This document shows positions 47,484 through 60,001 of a stretch of 64,000 nt of DNA, in pieces. The translations under genes and the position numbers were made by a program. This DNA comes from Perkinsus chesapeaki ATCC PRA-425 (taxonomy: Eukaryota > Protista > Perkinsozoa): the NCBI GenBank assembly GCA_013115145.1, contig JAAPAO010000003.1:124001-188000 (forward strand), given 5' to 3'. The notes beneath the pieces are model-generated. The model was not told where the DNA came from. It saw only the letters and a list, made by a program, of their open reading frames with translations, and ran no database searches. Every line of letters begins with the position of its first letter. The first letter of the stretch is position 1.

Positions 47484-50162
47484 ATGTCATCGACCTCCTC
47501 TCCCATCACTGCAATGGACTACATTAAGATCCAGTTAAGAAGCAGTCTGAGAGAGGATAGAGCCAATGAGGTAACCAACACTGCGGTGGTGGTGATGAAG
47601 TATTTAAGGTCACTATTAGATCTTGGCAAATGTCGATGAGGGTATCCTAGAGCAGATATCTTCCTTTTTGAGGGACGCGGAGATTGCTGAAGACAAGTAA
47701 GCTTCGTTGCATGCGCCTTACGTTAGTAGTGGAGCCCAATCGTTTGCATTTCTGCGAGCTTGTCTATAGTAATCGATTGTGCAGTAGAGCAGGGTGAAAT
47801 ATATATTGTAGTGCTACTAGTGGCAAAATAATGACGCCTCTTCCACCACCTATCGACTCAGACATGCGACCCATTGTAATTACGGCAGTGTAGCGGCCTG
47901 GTACAGCAGCACTAACAAGTTCAGATTCCAGCATACTCAGCTACAGCAGCTCTACGAGTAGTACCGCGTCGCCTCTCTCCTCTGTGGCATCAGTTGTGGT
48001 TCAGATACATCGCCATCCTCTATGGCTGGGGCATCCCTATGTTCCTGACCGAGAGGCAGGATGAGAACTTCAATTTGGTGTTGGATATCGACATCAAGCT
48101 GGGGGCGCAGATGACGTGGGAGCATTGCGCTATAGCCGAGAAGGCTATTATCGATAAAGACGGCGGGACTAGATTTTTCGAGTTTATTATGAAGAACCTC
48201 TGCCCAGTACGTACCGGGCTTCGGGGGTCATGGAAAGGCTGATTCGCGATCATCGCTCCAGTTATCGGTGGGAAGTTTCCGTCCCCACTGGCAACCCTTT
48301 TTTGACGTGACCGAACAACGAACGCGTGGGGGGAGGGCTTGGGGATAAAGTGTCACGAAGACAGTAGAAATCTCTAGCCTCCGGACACGTAATCCTCTGG
48401 GATGAAAACGCGTTCCTAATGCGGAGAAGGTACTCTGGAGCTTTTCCTAGAAAATAGGTCCCAAGAGCATGGCCAGGGAACACCAGATTTCCTTCTATGG
48501 CTCCCTGGCTGGAGTCTGGATGGGATTAGGCAATGCCGGCTCGATGCCTGTTCGATGTCACCAGGTATTCCCCGGGGAGAAGCAGAAGCATATCGATGCC
48601 GCCTTGTTCTCGGCCAGCGGATACAGCAGGGACTCGGGATCTCATAAGGTCTCATTGCATGTCGTATTCCCGAACATTATAGTGGACAGGAAGAGGGCTC
48701 CTAAAATACGTACTGATAAAGAGTCATCATCGCGGCGGTATGGCAGGTGGCATCATCATCCTCTGGTGCTAGGTACACATATCGTTCAAAGGTTGTGGTC
48801 AGCGTCTTTGGAGGACGACCAGTCTTACGACCCTTTCATAGCTCAGCTCTCTCACGAGCTGCTCAAATTCTCTCCGGAGAATCGCTTCCGGAACGTCATT
48901 GATGAAACCAGTCTTATCGGCAGGTATGTCCGTCGCTGGGTGGGGAAGCAAAGCTTAGGTTGTTAGATTTGGTAACCGTCTGTGCTTCTGCGACAAGGCA
49001 TCGAGGCCGCCGCTTGTTAAGCCCGAGGGAAGGCCGTTAAAGCCAGTGGGACTGCTTAGATACAGCAGGAATAGGCAGTCTATCAGATGGTTAAGTGTAA
49101 TAGTCGGGAGAAGGATTCGCGTCGCTGGCTCTGGCTGAGTTCTGACGTGTTTAGGGCAAGTTGACTGAAGCTGGCTGGGTGAGGATCTCATCGTGCCGAT
49201 CGATGGACGGGACTTTGCCGAAGCTCACTCCTTGGGACCCTCCGCACGCTACAGCCTCCCGAGTCACCCGAACTGGCCCGGGCGGAAGCTGCGTGGACGT
49301 GAACCCGCAGAATCAGGATGCTTTCAGAAGCAGACGCTCCCACCTGAGAGGGGAGGCTGGGACCGGTTCCACCGCCGCTGCTGGGAGGATGACCGAAAGC
49401 GCGTAGGCCTGGTGGCCAGCTTTGGTGGGAAGAAAGGAATCTTTCAGCCGTTTCGAGCTCGACGATCCCGTATCTGGGGAGCAGTTCAAAGCATGGCTCA
49501 CAGGGTTTGACGGTGGCAAATGGGATGAGCACATCGAGACCAGATCGATATCGTGGAGGCCTTCGAGCAACCAGGGCTTCATCCAGTACTACCCTGAACG
49601 CAGTAAGTGTCGTGGCAGACGAGTGAAGACGACACGTCTGGTATTAGGGGTCATCGATGTGATGGCCGTTGACGACACCTGGCTGGGCCTGCTCACGGAT
49701 TTGGTTGCCGGGTCGACTAGCAAGCTGAAAGCTCGTCGAGTGGAGACTGATGGCAGCAGTAATAATGTCAACCTCACAGTATAGGACTTATGGTCTCTAT
49801 AGATGACCTGCCAGCTGAAGCCACCGCGACTGCTAGTGCTGGAGTACAGGTGGAGGATGATGGAGATGAGGACATGTTAGAAATTAAAGAAGCTTTGGAG
49901 GACTACGCTAAGTCCTCCGATGACGAAGTAGAATAGTCTTTTGTGGAAGGCTGGGAAGATCTTCTGCAGGTCGAGTTGAAGGCAGGCGAGCTGGTGCGAG
50001 TTATGGAGGTGGATCCGTCTGGCTGGACTAAGGCACGCCACCACCAGCGTTTCGCTGTAGGATTTTCATACTTCCGCTCAGGTCCGCAAAGAGGATGGCA
50101 CGTCGGGATGGGTTTCCGCTGAATTCCTCGGCAACCCCGATCCTAACCGTATGCAGCAGTAG
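47484..50162 (+). CDS. archaeo-eukaryotic primase (NCLDV-like AEP) domain protein fused to a C-terminal SH3 domain
   Basis: MFLTERQDENFNLVLDIDIK (motif I DxD), KVSLHVVFPNIIV (motif II SxH), VIDETSL...RLCFCDK...EGRPL (motif III region). Spliced C-terminus ALEDYAKSSDDEVELKAGELVRVMEVDPSGWTKVRKEDGTSGWVSAEFL. Confidence 0.75.
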
Positions 50163-50499
50163 TGGCAATATCTTCTTCTATCGGCTGGTTGCGATGGCCC
50201 GTGCGGGAGTGCGCACAGACCATCGTCTCCTAGACGTTATTATCCCGTCTTCGTTAATTGATGCGGAGTTTCTTTGACTTGGCTGAATCACCCTCTTAAA
50301 AGCACCTATGTGTTGAGTTATCAGTCCAGTGGTGAAATACATTCCAACGAGGAAAAGAATACAGCCCGCATGAGGGGCAACGGCACATAATTTTCATGGT
50401 ATTTCGAAGTCCGTACAATCGCGAGAAGTTGGCTGCAAGAGCATTTCATTTGGGAAACCCACGTCTTTCGGCTCTAGGAGCTCCGCGTAGTTTTTTTCG

Positions 50500-52871
50500 A
50501 TGAGTCGGCCAAATGCTCCCTTTCGATTGAAGTCCCGTCATAAGGCACAGCTGGCTTACGCAGCTGTGATACTAGCGAGCGCTATAGCCTGGGCCTGGCT
50601 ACAATCGGTGGAGAGAGCCCCGTTGCCTGACGTCGACTTGAACGGAGATAGCACTGCACGATGGCCGATTGTTTCGGTAGGGGTTGGTTCCACGTGGTCT
50701 GTCGCGGAGGGTGTTCAGGTGTGCGTGTGCTCGCTGGACGACAGCCTTGCCGAATTCGCTGCACCGCGCTTGGAGGGTCCCTTCGAGGCCACAGTGTCGG
50801 CGGAATGCTTCAGTGGGCGGCATACAACAGCTTTGAAGGCGGCCGGTGCGTCTACCTCTCCCGACTGTGCGGAACACATTCACCGTTTTCAGGCTGCAAC
50901 CGTGACAGTCACTCCAGTAGCTGCTTGGCCGCGTTACGCACTGTCGCTTCTAATTTTTCCGCGAAAAGCAACGTTCTCTCGGACGGCCTCCTATACCACA
51001 TTTTCGCCTACTCTTCGCCATCTGGGCAGCCTCCCAAACGACCGTCGGTGATGGAGAACTTCGCGTAGCATCTCCGAGGTATGTCAGCTCTCACTAGTGC
51101 TCCCTCAGAATCGTTGACGTGCGCGACCACAAGTTCGGTGTTGACTGGGTCTATAACACAGTCTGGTTCCCGAATAGGCCCGCCGGCTTCCATGAGAAAG
51201 TGGCCTCGGCTCTCTCAAACCCGAGGTCCGCTCTCTGTTCTGTCAAGATTCTCAGCTTTGAAATTTCAGGCAGCAACTTTCCTTTCTGCTCGTTAGTGAC
51301 GTACACAACTCAGCAAGGGCTCATTGGGATTTTTTGCACTCTGTTTACGACGCCTACATGCGGCCCCTAATAGAGAGCCGACTAGGCCTGGTACAGAAGC
51401 GGCCTGACTTCGGTTTGTCATGCCTCTATTTAGCTGCTCGATCTTGACGTAGACTCCCAAGTTGTCCATGGCGCTAGGCTGCCTGGTAGAACGCCAAAGA
51501 GCGGTGGTGCCATCCAGGACATACGGTTAAGGAGCACCAAACAGCTGCGGGAGCTGCTCACAGAAGCCAGCCGGTGGGGGAGACCGGAGACCCTCAGACA
51601 TGGGTACAGGAAACTTCCCCATAGCATACAGTAAGATTTGTCGGGACTGCTAGTGATTGCCATCACTTGCCCTTGACGCTCCCCAATACTTTTGTGAATA
51701 TTCATTTACTGGATTGCCCGAAACTAGATTGTCGTTCCAATTCCTTATGTGAATCATAGCTATCTCTTGCCGGGGAGCGGTTCAAGCCAGCGTCGATCTA
51801 GTTTCACTTGGAGAACCCCGTGGAGCTATGTCGCAACGCAGACTCGTTTGTTGACTGTGATTGTGTGCGTGTGCGTTTGTAGTCCAACGCCGAATGTGGC
51901 TTGTTGTCCCATGCTAGGACGCTCAGTGCTCCGATTCGCTGGGCGAGTTACTCACGAATCTTATTCCTTTTCTGCCGGGCATCGGTTCAGGGCGACGCCA
52001 AAGTTTAGTGGTGTATGTGTACTTCGGAACCTAGTGGATCTATGTCGCAACCCAGGTTCGCTAGTTCGCATGTCCCATTGGAAAGACGATATCACTTCTT
52101 TGCTTGAATGTCCCTAATCTCTGTTCCTCGTCAGTCTAGCTGCATACCTCGCCCCCGAGAACACCACTGTTTCCGTTGGTCCCGCAGAGAAGTCCAGCGT
52201 TGCGATCCCCGGCTGGGGAGTTGTCGCCTTCATTCCCACCGCAGATGACTATGGCTTTGCTGCTGGCATGTGGCATGCCCACTTCCGTGCGTGGCTGGGA
52301 CTTGAGCCCACATCGCCTTGTGACGAGTCTTCCGGCTGGCTGTGCTCTGACCCGATCAACGGTGTCACGGTGCCGGAGTTGTTCGAGATCGCTCGGGAAG
52401 CAGTGATATATTTCCGATCAGCGACGCGAAGCTCTTTAAAGCAGTTGAGAGATTTAGTCGACAGTCTCCCTCAAGTAGCGGTGTCCAAGGAGATTGCGGA
52501 GCGGGCCTCCAAAGCTTCAGAGTGGATATCTGTCGACTTGGTACGTCCGTGGCGCGCTCGCTCCTCCCTGCCCGCGAGTTTCAAAGTTGTATCTTTCGTC
52601 ACTGCGCGATGTATGGTTGTCTTAGGTGGAGATTGAGCAAATGGAATCAGCTTTGGCGGTGTCTAGAAGGAGCTACGAGGAGAGTACTGAAGTCCTTTAT
52701 GATGACAGCATATCAGCTCGAAGCTACTTCAGCCAGGAATTCACGCTGGCTGTCTACCTTCCAATTGCGGCACCACTACTGATACCGATCCTCGTCAATT
52801 TCTTCCATGAGCTGCGCCTATGGAGAAAATCCCGAGGCATGGCGGACGCTGGTCACGAGAAGATCGAGTAG
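50500..52871 (+). CDS. PIGS: GPI transamidase subunit PIG-S
   Basis: N-terminal TM followed by SVERAPLP; HWDFL...YMRPL...DSQVV; VAIPGWGVV; YFSQEFTLAVYLPIAAPLLIPIL. Confidence 0.85.
51751..51837. repeat. intronic element copy A (candidate structured ncRNA)
   Basis: TGCCGGGGAGCGGTTCA...GAACCCCGTGGAGCTATGTCGCAAC; related to copy B at 51956-52051. Confidence 0.7.
51956..52051. repeat. intronic element copy B (candidate structured ncRNA)
   Basis: TGCCGGGCATCGGTTCA...GAACCTAGTGGATCTATGTCGCAAC; 15/17 and 22/25 identity to copy A in the two conserved blocks. Confidence 0.7.
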
Positions 52872-53378
52872 ATCCTCGCAGTGTATCATTAATATTAAGT
52901 TTCAAGGTGAACGGTGTTGGAGTTCCGACGTCAGCGTGACAGAGGAACGCTCTTGTCACGAGTGCTAGTCCTGGGGGATTTGCCAGCTTCTAAGGGCGTA
53001 GTGGCGAGCAACGTTATGACCGCATGATTAGCGGCATAGAAGCGCGTGAATATCAGTCGGAACGTGCCTTACCCCGGGTCAATCACCGGTGGGACTCTGC
53101 GCATGCGTGCCACAGGACTGCACGCATGAACTGTGGGTTATTGTCGGCCTTGTTTTAACCCACCAAAAAGCAATGGTTTTCCCGTGAGTTTACTAATCAA
53201 CATTCGACGTCGCCTGGTCAACTAGATACCTTGCCGTGATGGTCATAGTCCTGGCTCGAAACCCGAGACCGGCGTGACTCAGAGGAAAATCGATTCTAAT
53301 GGCGAGCGCTAAGTGCCGTACGCGGCGCTGATCACTCACCGTTTTGAGACCACTCTTTCATTATTATTATTCTAAAAC

Positions 53379-54215
53379 ATGTCCCTTGCGCCCCCCATGT
53401 CTGCTTGTCGCGAAAATGACTATCTCGTGGATGCCTTCTCGTTATCTTCGGGCTCGTCTTCATCTGTCCTCGACGGGGCAGTTGGGTATGGCTCATCATC
53501 AACTCCCTTATCGGCAGCGTCATCCGTTGGTGGTAATTTTGGCAGCCTATCTAACAGACGTATGCGAATGGTATACGATACCAATCTACCTCGAGACCAG
53601 TTGATCGCGATGAAGCGTGCTCGTAAGCGTCAACTGAACAGGGAATCCGCTCAGAGGGTTCGAGAAAAAAGGAAGATGGAGTCCAGTGCCTTTGAGACAC
53701 AATTGAGAGCTACTCGTATGGCCTTAGATGTGGCCAGGAAACAATTGGCCGAAATCTTGGCTGAGAGGAATGAGCTCAGGCGTCGCTTGGCCCGCTATGA
53801 GAACTCGGGGCCTGCGGGACGCGAATTTAATGCAAGTAGCAGTTCTGCAGCAAATAATGATGTGCCTATGAGCTTTGGAACTACTACAACCAACTCTACA
53901 ACAGCTAACGGCCAGTTCAAGCCGTTTGATCTCAATAATATTTTTGGTGGGTCGATATTTTCATCTACATCTGTAACGCCATCATCGGTACCTGACAACA
54001 ATGTAGCAAAACCCTTTCCGCTGACAGCAGATGGATGCGGCCTAGACAATGAACCAAGGATATGCGAAGGTGCTGGTGGCCTGGAAGACCTCAAGGCATC
54101 CGGCGTGCGTGGTGACTCTTTTGCCTCATCATCGGCGTTAACCGGTGTCTCGTACAGCGGCAGCGCTCTCGATGGGTCATTGTCGGCCGCTTGGAACACA
54201 TTCACAGTGGCTTAA
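53379..54215 (+). CDS. bZIP transcription factor, intronless
   Basis: KRARKRQLNRESAQRVREKRK basic region (N-x7-R) followed by a heptad zipper ending LAERNELRRRL. Confidence 0.9.
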   Translation: MSLAPPMSACRENDYLVDAFSLSSGSSSSVLDGAVGYGSSSTPLSAASSVGGNFGSLSNRRMRMVYDTNLPRDQLIAMKRARKRQLNRESAQRVREKRKMESSAFETQLRATRMALDVARKQLAEILAERNELRRRLARYENSGPAGREFNASSSSAANNDVPMSFGTTTTNSTTANGQFKPFDLNNIFGGSIFSSTSVTPSSVPDNNVAKPFPLTADGCGLDNEPRICEGAGGLEDLKASGVRGDSFASSSALTGVSYSGSALDGSLSAAWNTFTVA

Positions 54216-54899
54216 TGGGTTTCGAGAGCGTCATCACAAGTCCCGCGGTTTCGTCGGTTCACGTTTCTGAAGTCGTCATCACCACTTGGTTCGCAACATC
54301 ATTCTTGTTTCATTTTCCGGTATAACTCTTGGTCTCATGCCATGGTTTGTAGTCTGGCTGAGGCCCGCTACAGTACCGCCGCGGCCGCAGTGAAGAATAT
54401 TGTAATTCTTCGTCTCCTATTGTTGTTAAATTATCAGCTTTTACCTCTCGCGATATGTTGGCTCTGTTATAGTCATCGCAGTCTCTCGTAAAATCGTCAT
54501 ATCGATCGCATTTGTTGTAGCATTAGTATATTTTGCCACTAAGGCTTATTGTATGCACCAGAGGTTGTGAGGACGATGACCTTTGCGAGCTCCTCCTTTA
54601 CGCCCCTCTATGAACCATTGTCGCTTTGCCGTTTGGAAATCCAGGCAGTTATAAAAAATATTCAAGTGCTCTGGCGTGCTTTCAACTTCTTGGGTTAGCA
54701 ACCTCCATGTCATTGTTGGTGCGGTCGGGACGGACTGCCTCGATCTTCCGACAGCTCTAAGGCTTACATCACTTTACCATTCGTTGCAATCAAAAAGGTC
54801 GTGTCTGGTATTGTTCAACTGCTGCTTTCATTGATCATCATATCGTTTTCGATGCTAATGAGCGATTTGCGTTGACTAGTTGGCTCTGGGATAGAAGAA

Positions 54900-56029
54900 A
54901 TGCTGTCGAGATGGTTCAGTCGTAAGCCACCGAAGGCGCTGAGTCCGTACGGTAGGGCTTTCAAGCTGACAAATAGAAAGCGTGTAAGTGCTGATACCCA
55001 CATATATCGATTTGGGCTCCAAACGGACGTGAGTAGTTCAGCAGCCAGTTGTGGTAATAAGTATCTGACATCATCATCATCATCAGGAGCATGTTCTCGG
55101 CCTACCAATAGGGCAACATGTGTTGCTAGCTCCACTAGGGACAGCATTGCCTAGCAGACCGTACACGCCAATAACAATCGGTAGGCTGCTGCTGGCAGCA
55201 GGGTCTGCTGATTGGTCTGGTCTCAGACCAGGTCACGAAGGGATATGTTGAGTTCCTCATCAAGACTTATCCAACGGGCCGGCTGACTCCGTGGCTTAGC
55301 CGCCTTGAAATCGGTTGGTTACGCCAGCTGTGGGGTAGCTCAGGTTGCCTCGCTCAGGTGATGAGGCGTTCGTTAGCGGCCCTTTTGGCCCCTTCACGTA
55401 TGAGGGACGAGGGGCTGTTAAGATTCACGACGAGATCACTGGTGTGGTGTAAATCACTGCTGCGCGGAACACGGCTGTTGGGCAGGCGAAAGGCGGCAGT
55501 CCGTGGCGAAGTCTTTAACGATGTTCGCGGGCGGCACTGGCATCACTCCGTTGTACCAGCTTGTACAGGCAATCCAGGCAGATCCGGATGATAAGACGAC
55601 CATCGATTTGTGAGACTCCGCTTCAGTACGGGGGGACCGAGCGCTGCCAGGCACTTTAGTAATCGGAGCGCGGAGGATGTTCTGCTACTTGGGGAGTTGA
55701 CGGAGAGACTGAAGGCATGGGGCGATAGCTTTCGTGCTACCTTTTACGTGGATACGGTGACAAGACTGCCCTCTGCGGTGTGTAGGGTGGAGGTGTCTCA
55801 GGGCCCGGTGCCTGAAGGCATGGTGGGAGGTCAACTAACCCCGGAAGCGGTCGAAAAAATCATATCGGAGAAGCCCCCTACAGACATGGTGAGGGCTGGC
55901 GGGCTTTACCTAATAGGAGGCTCTGCGCAGGTGCTGGGCTGCGGACCACCAGGCATGATTGAGAATTGTGTGCTTCCGGCCATGGAGGCCACGGGAGCTA
56001 CCAAGGAGCAGCGAACGTTCATTTTTTGA
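54900..56029 (+). CDS. NADH-cytochrome b5 reductase
   Basis: DTHIYRFGL, RPYTP, LIKTYPTGRLT, GPFG, MFAGGTGITPLYQ, CGPPGM. Confidence 0.9.
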
Positions 56030-56098
56030 GTGGGCGTTTCCGTACCATGTGTTGCGCTGGATAGTTGGGAACGGACGAGTGGCGCCTTCAGTGATGTG

Positions 56099-57390
56099 AT
56101 GCCCAGCCTCTGGGGGCTACTCGTAGTGGTTTCCGCCGCATTGATTTCACGCACCGATGCCTTCGCACTGGGTGCTGTTGGTGGGCACTACGGGTGCCAG
56201 GACCACTGCAATTCACCCGTCTACAAGGTCATATCTGAAGCCCTGCAATCCCACGGCATAGAGCTCTGGTATATAAACGGTACCAGCGGGTGGTTGACCG
56301 GCCCTGGTCGACGTAAGATGCTGAGGCTCATCTACCTGCTGCCGTGCTTGAGAAGCCATCTTATATACCTCTCTCTGTTCGAGTACCAAGAGACCATACT
56401 GCCGCTCATCGAGGTATCCCCCCATTGGACCATACCGGAAATCTCCTTCCATCCGTTCTGGTACTGGCCTGGCGTCCTGGTTGCCCCGCACTTCCAGCTG
56501 CTCCCTTATGTCTTCCCTCTGTTCATTACCAATGCCCTCTTAGCTGTGGTAATGCTGTACTCGCTGGTCATGGTTGCCGTCCACGATTTCATATGGGTTG
56601 TCAGCCTTATTAGACTCAGAAGCCTAGGGGAGCTCATGCAGGAGGTCGACTGGACTATTCGGGAGTGCGCTGTGCGGTGCGCCATCTTCACCTTCTTGCC
56701 CGACCCACTGCAGGTACCAAACGCCTGCCTATTTTCTATCCGCCGACCTTCTGTTCCTTTTAGGATCTTCTGTTCTACCTTTCGCTAGCTTGGGACGGCC
56801 TCCTCTTGGCCGTGCAGGCTCTGATGCCTGTAGCGGTCACAGTAGGGTACTTCCTGTGGTGGAAGGGCGCCTCTGCCGACGTGCAGGAACGTTACGCAGA
56901 CTGGGGCTACCGGCTCGTGCGCCAGTGGGCGGGCATGAAACCTGGCTACCTCCCCCTAATTCATTGTGACTCTTCTAAGGCGAACGGGCGGCACCGACCG
57001 CAGGCTTCTTGGGAGACGAAATCGAGGCGTATCTTTTACAGCTTGGTACGGAGACCGCTCGCACATGTGCACGGCGGTCGGTTCCTAACTAGCGTACTCG
57101 ATGTGGAAGGATGGAACAATACAACGCTGACAGCAGGAGGCGGAGATGGGCTCGAAGAGCGGCAAACGGCAACCTCTGAGGAGGAGAGCGGGCCAGAGCC
57201 GGCCATGAAGCCCGGGCGTTGTGTCATCTGTCTCCATCGTCGAGCCGAAGTTGTGCTTGTCCCTTGTGGGCATATGATACTGTGTCGGCAGTGCTACAGT
57301 GATGCCCGAGAGGACGCTGCTGACGTCCTTGCCACTTGTCCCCTTTGCAAGACCACCGTGAGAACAGCCTGTCGGGTTTACACCACTTAG
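56099..57390 (+). CDS. signal-peptide/transmembrane protein with C-terminal RING (C3HC4_3) finger, putative E3 ligase
   Basis: Hydrophobic N-terminus and TM segments; CVICLHRRAEVVLVPCGHMILCRQC...CPLCK. Confidence 0.8.
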
Positions 57391-57527
57391 GGGTCTGGAC
57401 TACCGAGCCCACCTGCACCATCGTTACCTTGTTTGTTCTTTCCTCTGGAACTGATTTTTCTCATCACATTGAGCTGCGTTATGGCGTTCCTGGCTACCCC
57501 ACGCGAACGCAGTCTGGAGTTGTACCT

Positions 57528-59713
57528 ATGTCATCGTCACCAGTGGTGCGCAGGCCGTTCGAGGAGGACAAGAAGTTCATCAGCAAAATGGAGTCACCGA
57601 GGTGGCACATCGACAAGGGGTTCGTAGAGAACATGAACGTGCCCGTGAAATTTTATGCCAACGATAAAATCATGCCGGCAGTCATGGACGAGCTACAGTA
57701 ATGGGAAAGCGATCCCCCCGCTGAATCGAGCGCGACAATCTTAGGCGTTACTCGGTTCGCCCGGCTGGCGAGGCCGGCTTCCTGCCCGCACTGAAGCAGC
57801 TAGGAAACGTCGCCTCCCTACCAGGTAGGCCTGAGCTGTCCTCCACCGTCCTTCACTGAGCTCGCTTCAGGAATAGTCGGCAACGCTATCGGTCTGCCGG
57901 ACATTCATAGTGGCTACGGCTTTGCAGTGGGATCAGTCGCGGCGTGTAAGTTTCTGCGGCGCGGAGCGGCTGTTTGCGGGCGAATCTTGCCTCAGTCGAT
58001 GCTTCTGATCCGCGCGCGGTGGTCTCCCCAGGCGGAGTAGGATTCGATATCAACTGCGGGGTGAGGCTTCTAAGGTAGCATCATCATTACGCTTGCACGG
58101 CGAGGGTCTACTTCGGTGGGCATCAGGACGAATCTTACATTGGAGGATGTGGAGCCTGTGAAGGAACAGCTTGTCCAAGCGCTGTATGATTGCATACCTG
58201 TTGGTGTGGGCTCTGAAGGCGTTGTCCCGGTTAACCAGGATACACTTCGCGAAGCATTGGTGAGCTTACAGTTGGTACCCTCGAATTCACGGAAACATTT
58301 CAGCAATACGGTATGGACTGGTCTGTCCGGGAGGGCTACAGCTGGGTGGAGGATAAGTACCATTGTGAAGAGCAAGGCCGGTTGCTGAACGCCGATGCTT
58401 CTGAGGTGGGACAGTCTGCCTTGTGTGCCCAGGTAAGCGTTTTCTCAGGTTTCAAGACGTGCCATGATCCGGGGAGTACCGCAGCTGGGAACTCTAGGAG
58501 CCGGCAATCACTATGCTGAAGTCCAGGTAGACACTCCCTGCAGATGCCGACCTACTTCGGATTCTACTGAACAGGTCGTCGATGAAATATATGACAAGTA
58601 CGCCGCCAAGCAGCTCGGGTTGGATCACCCCGGCCAGGTCAGTCTACCAGTGTATTCCCCTTCCCGACTACCCCACATAGGTATGTCTAATGATGCACAG
58701 TGGCAGTCGAGGTCTAGGCCACCAGGTGGCAACAGACGCTCTGCAGCTGATGTGCAAGGCGGCTATGACTCGGAAGGTAGGACAGCCGTCCGGCTTATCG
58801 TCGATGCTACTTCGGTCCGCCTCAGAATCCTATTCATCTGAATGATCCCCAACTTTCCTGCGCGCCCATTAATTCTGACGAGGGCCAGCTGTATTTGAGG
58901 GCCATGGCAGCAGCTGCTAACTTCGCCTGGGTCAATCGCAGTACCATCACCTTCATGGCCAGACAGGCGTTCAGCAAGGTGCCGCCGCCCCCCTCTCCGG
59001 AACCTATTGCTGTTTTGCAGGTATTCCACCAAGATGCCGATGATCTTGACATGCATGTTGTTTACGACATTTCCCATAATACCGCCAAACTCGAAGAGCA
59101 CGTAAGAGGCATTGTGTGGCTATGCGTTCACCGTGGTGCAGTTGGTGAACGGCGAAGTTAAACAGCTGCTAGTCCATCGTAAAGGAGCAACGCGAGCTTT
59201 CCCGCCGAATCATCCCCTTGTTGCAAGCGACTACCAGGTAAGTGAGGGATACCCCTGTTGGCTACTGTACCGCCTTTGACAGAGCATCGGAGAGCCTGTA
59301 CTGATCGGAGGCTCAATGGGAACTTGCTCCTATGTTCTAGTAGGCACCCACACAGGCGAGGTAAGTGCTGCAAACGTTTGAAGAAACATCAACGCCGTTC
59401 CTCAGAAAGAGACTTTCTCGAGTACATGTCACGGTGCTGGAAGAGTCCTCAGTCGCAGTGGCAGCCGTCGTAAGCTAGACTACGACCATGTCACATCGGA
59501 GCTGGCGGACAGGGTAGGTCAGCCTCTACCGTGTCGGGTGGGACTGTGCTTTTGATTCAGGGCGTAAGCATGCGCGTAGCCTCCCCGAAGCTCATAGTGG
59601 AGGAGGCCCCGGAGTCTTACAAAGACGTCACCGCTGTGGTGAACACCTGCCATCAAGCTGGCATCTCGCGGAAGGTCGTCAAGATGCGCCCTATCGCTGT
59701 GGTTAAGGGCTGA
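57528..59713 (+). CDS. RTCB: RNA-splicing ligase RtcB, eukaryotic/archaeal (HSPC117) type
   Basis: [77 protein letters not shown]. Confidence 0.97.
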
Positions 59714-60001
59714 TTACTAAATTGTGTTGAAGAATACTTCACCGTTATAGATTACTATCTTGATTTATCATCTCACTGAGTGACTCGTTTTTTCTTGGAA
59801 GGATTTGTTCTGAGTTGCTTAGTTACAGTACCCGCCATCTAAAGAGTGTTCTGCGATCGGCAGGGCTTAGGGGCTCTTTAGATTTAGGGACTGTACCTTG
59901 TCCTGGCGCGCGGGGAGGCGCGGTCTTCAAACGCGAAAAGTTACCTGAGCGCATGCTCTGCGATGTATGGGCCGGTCAGAGCTTTGGCAGTCGGGCAAGC
60001 A

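Noticed and set aside
51956-52070. Copy B in the PIG-S intron as a tRNA or tRNA pseudogene
   Set aside because: A D-arm-like stretch and GGTTCG exist, but there is no acceptor stem, no valid anticodon loop and no T-stem.
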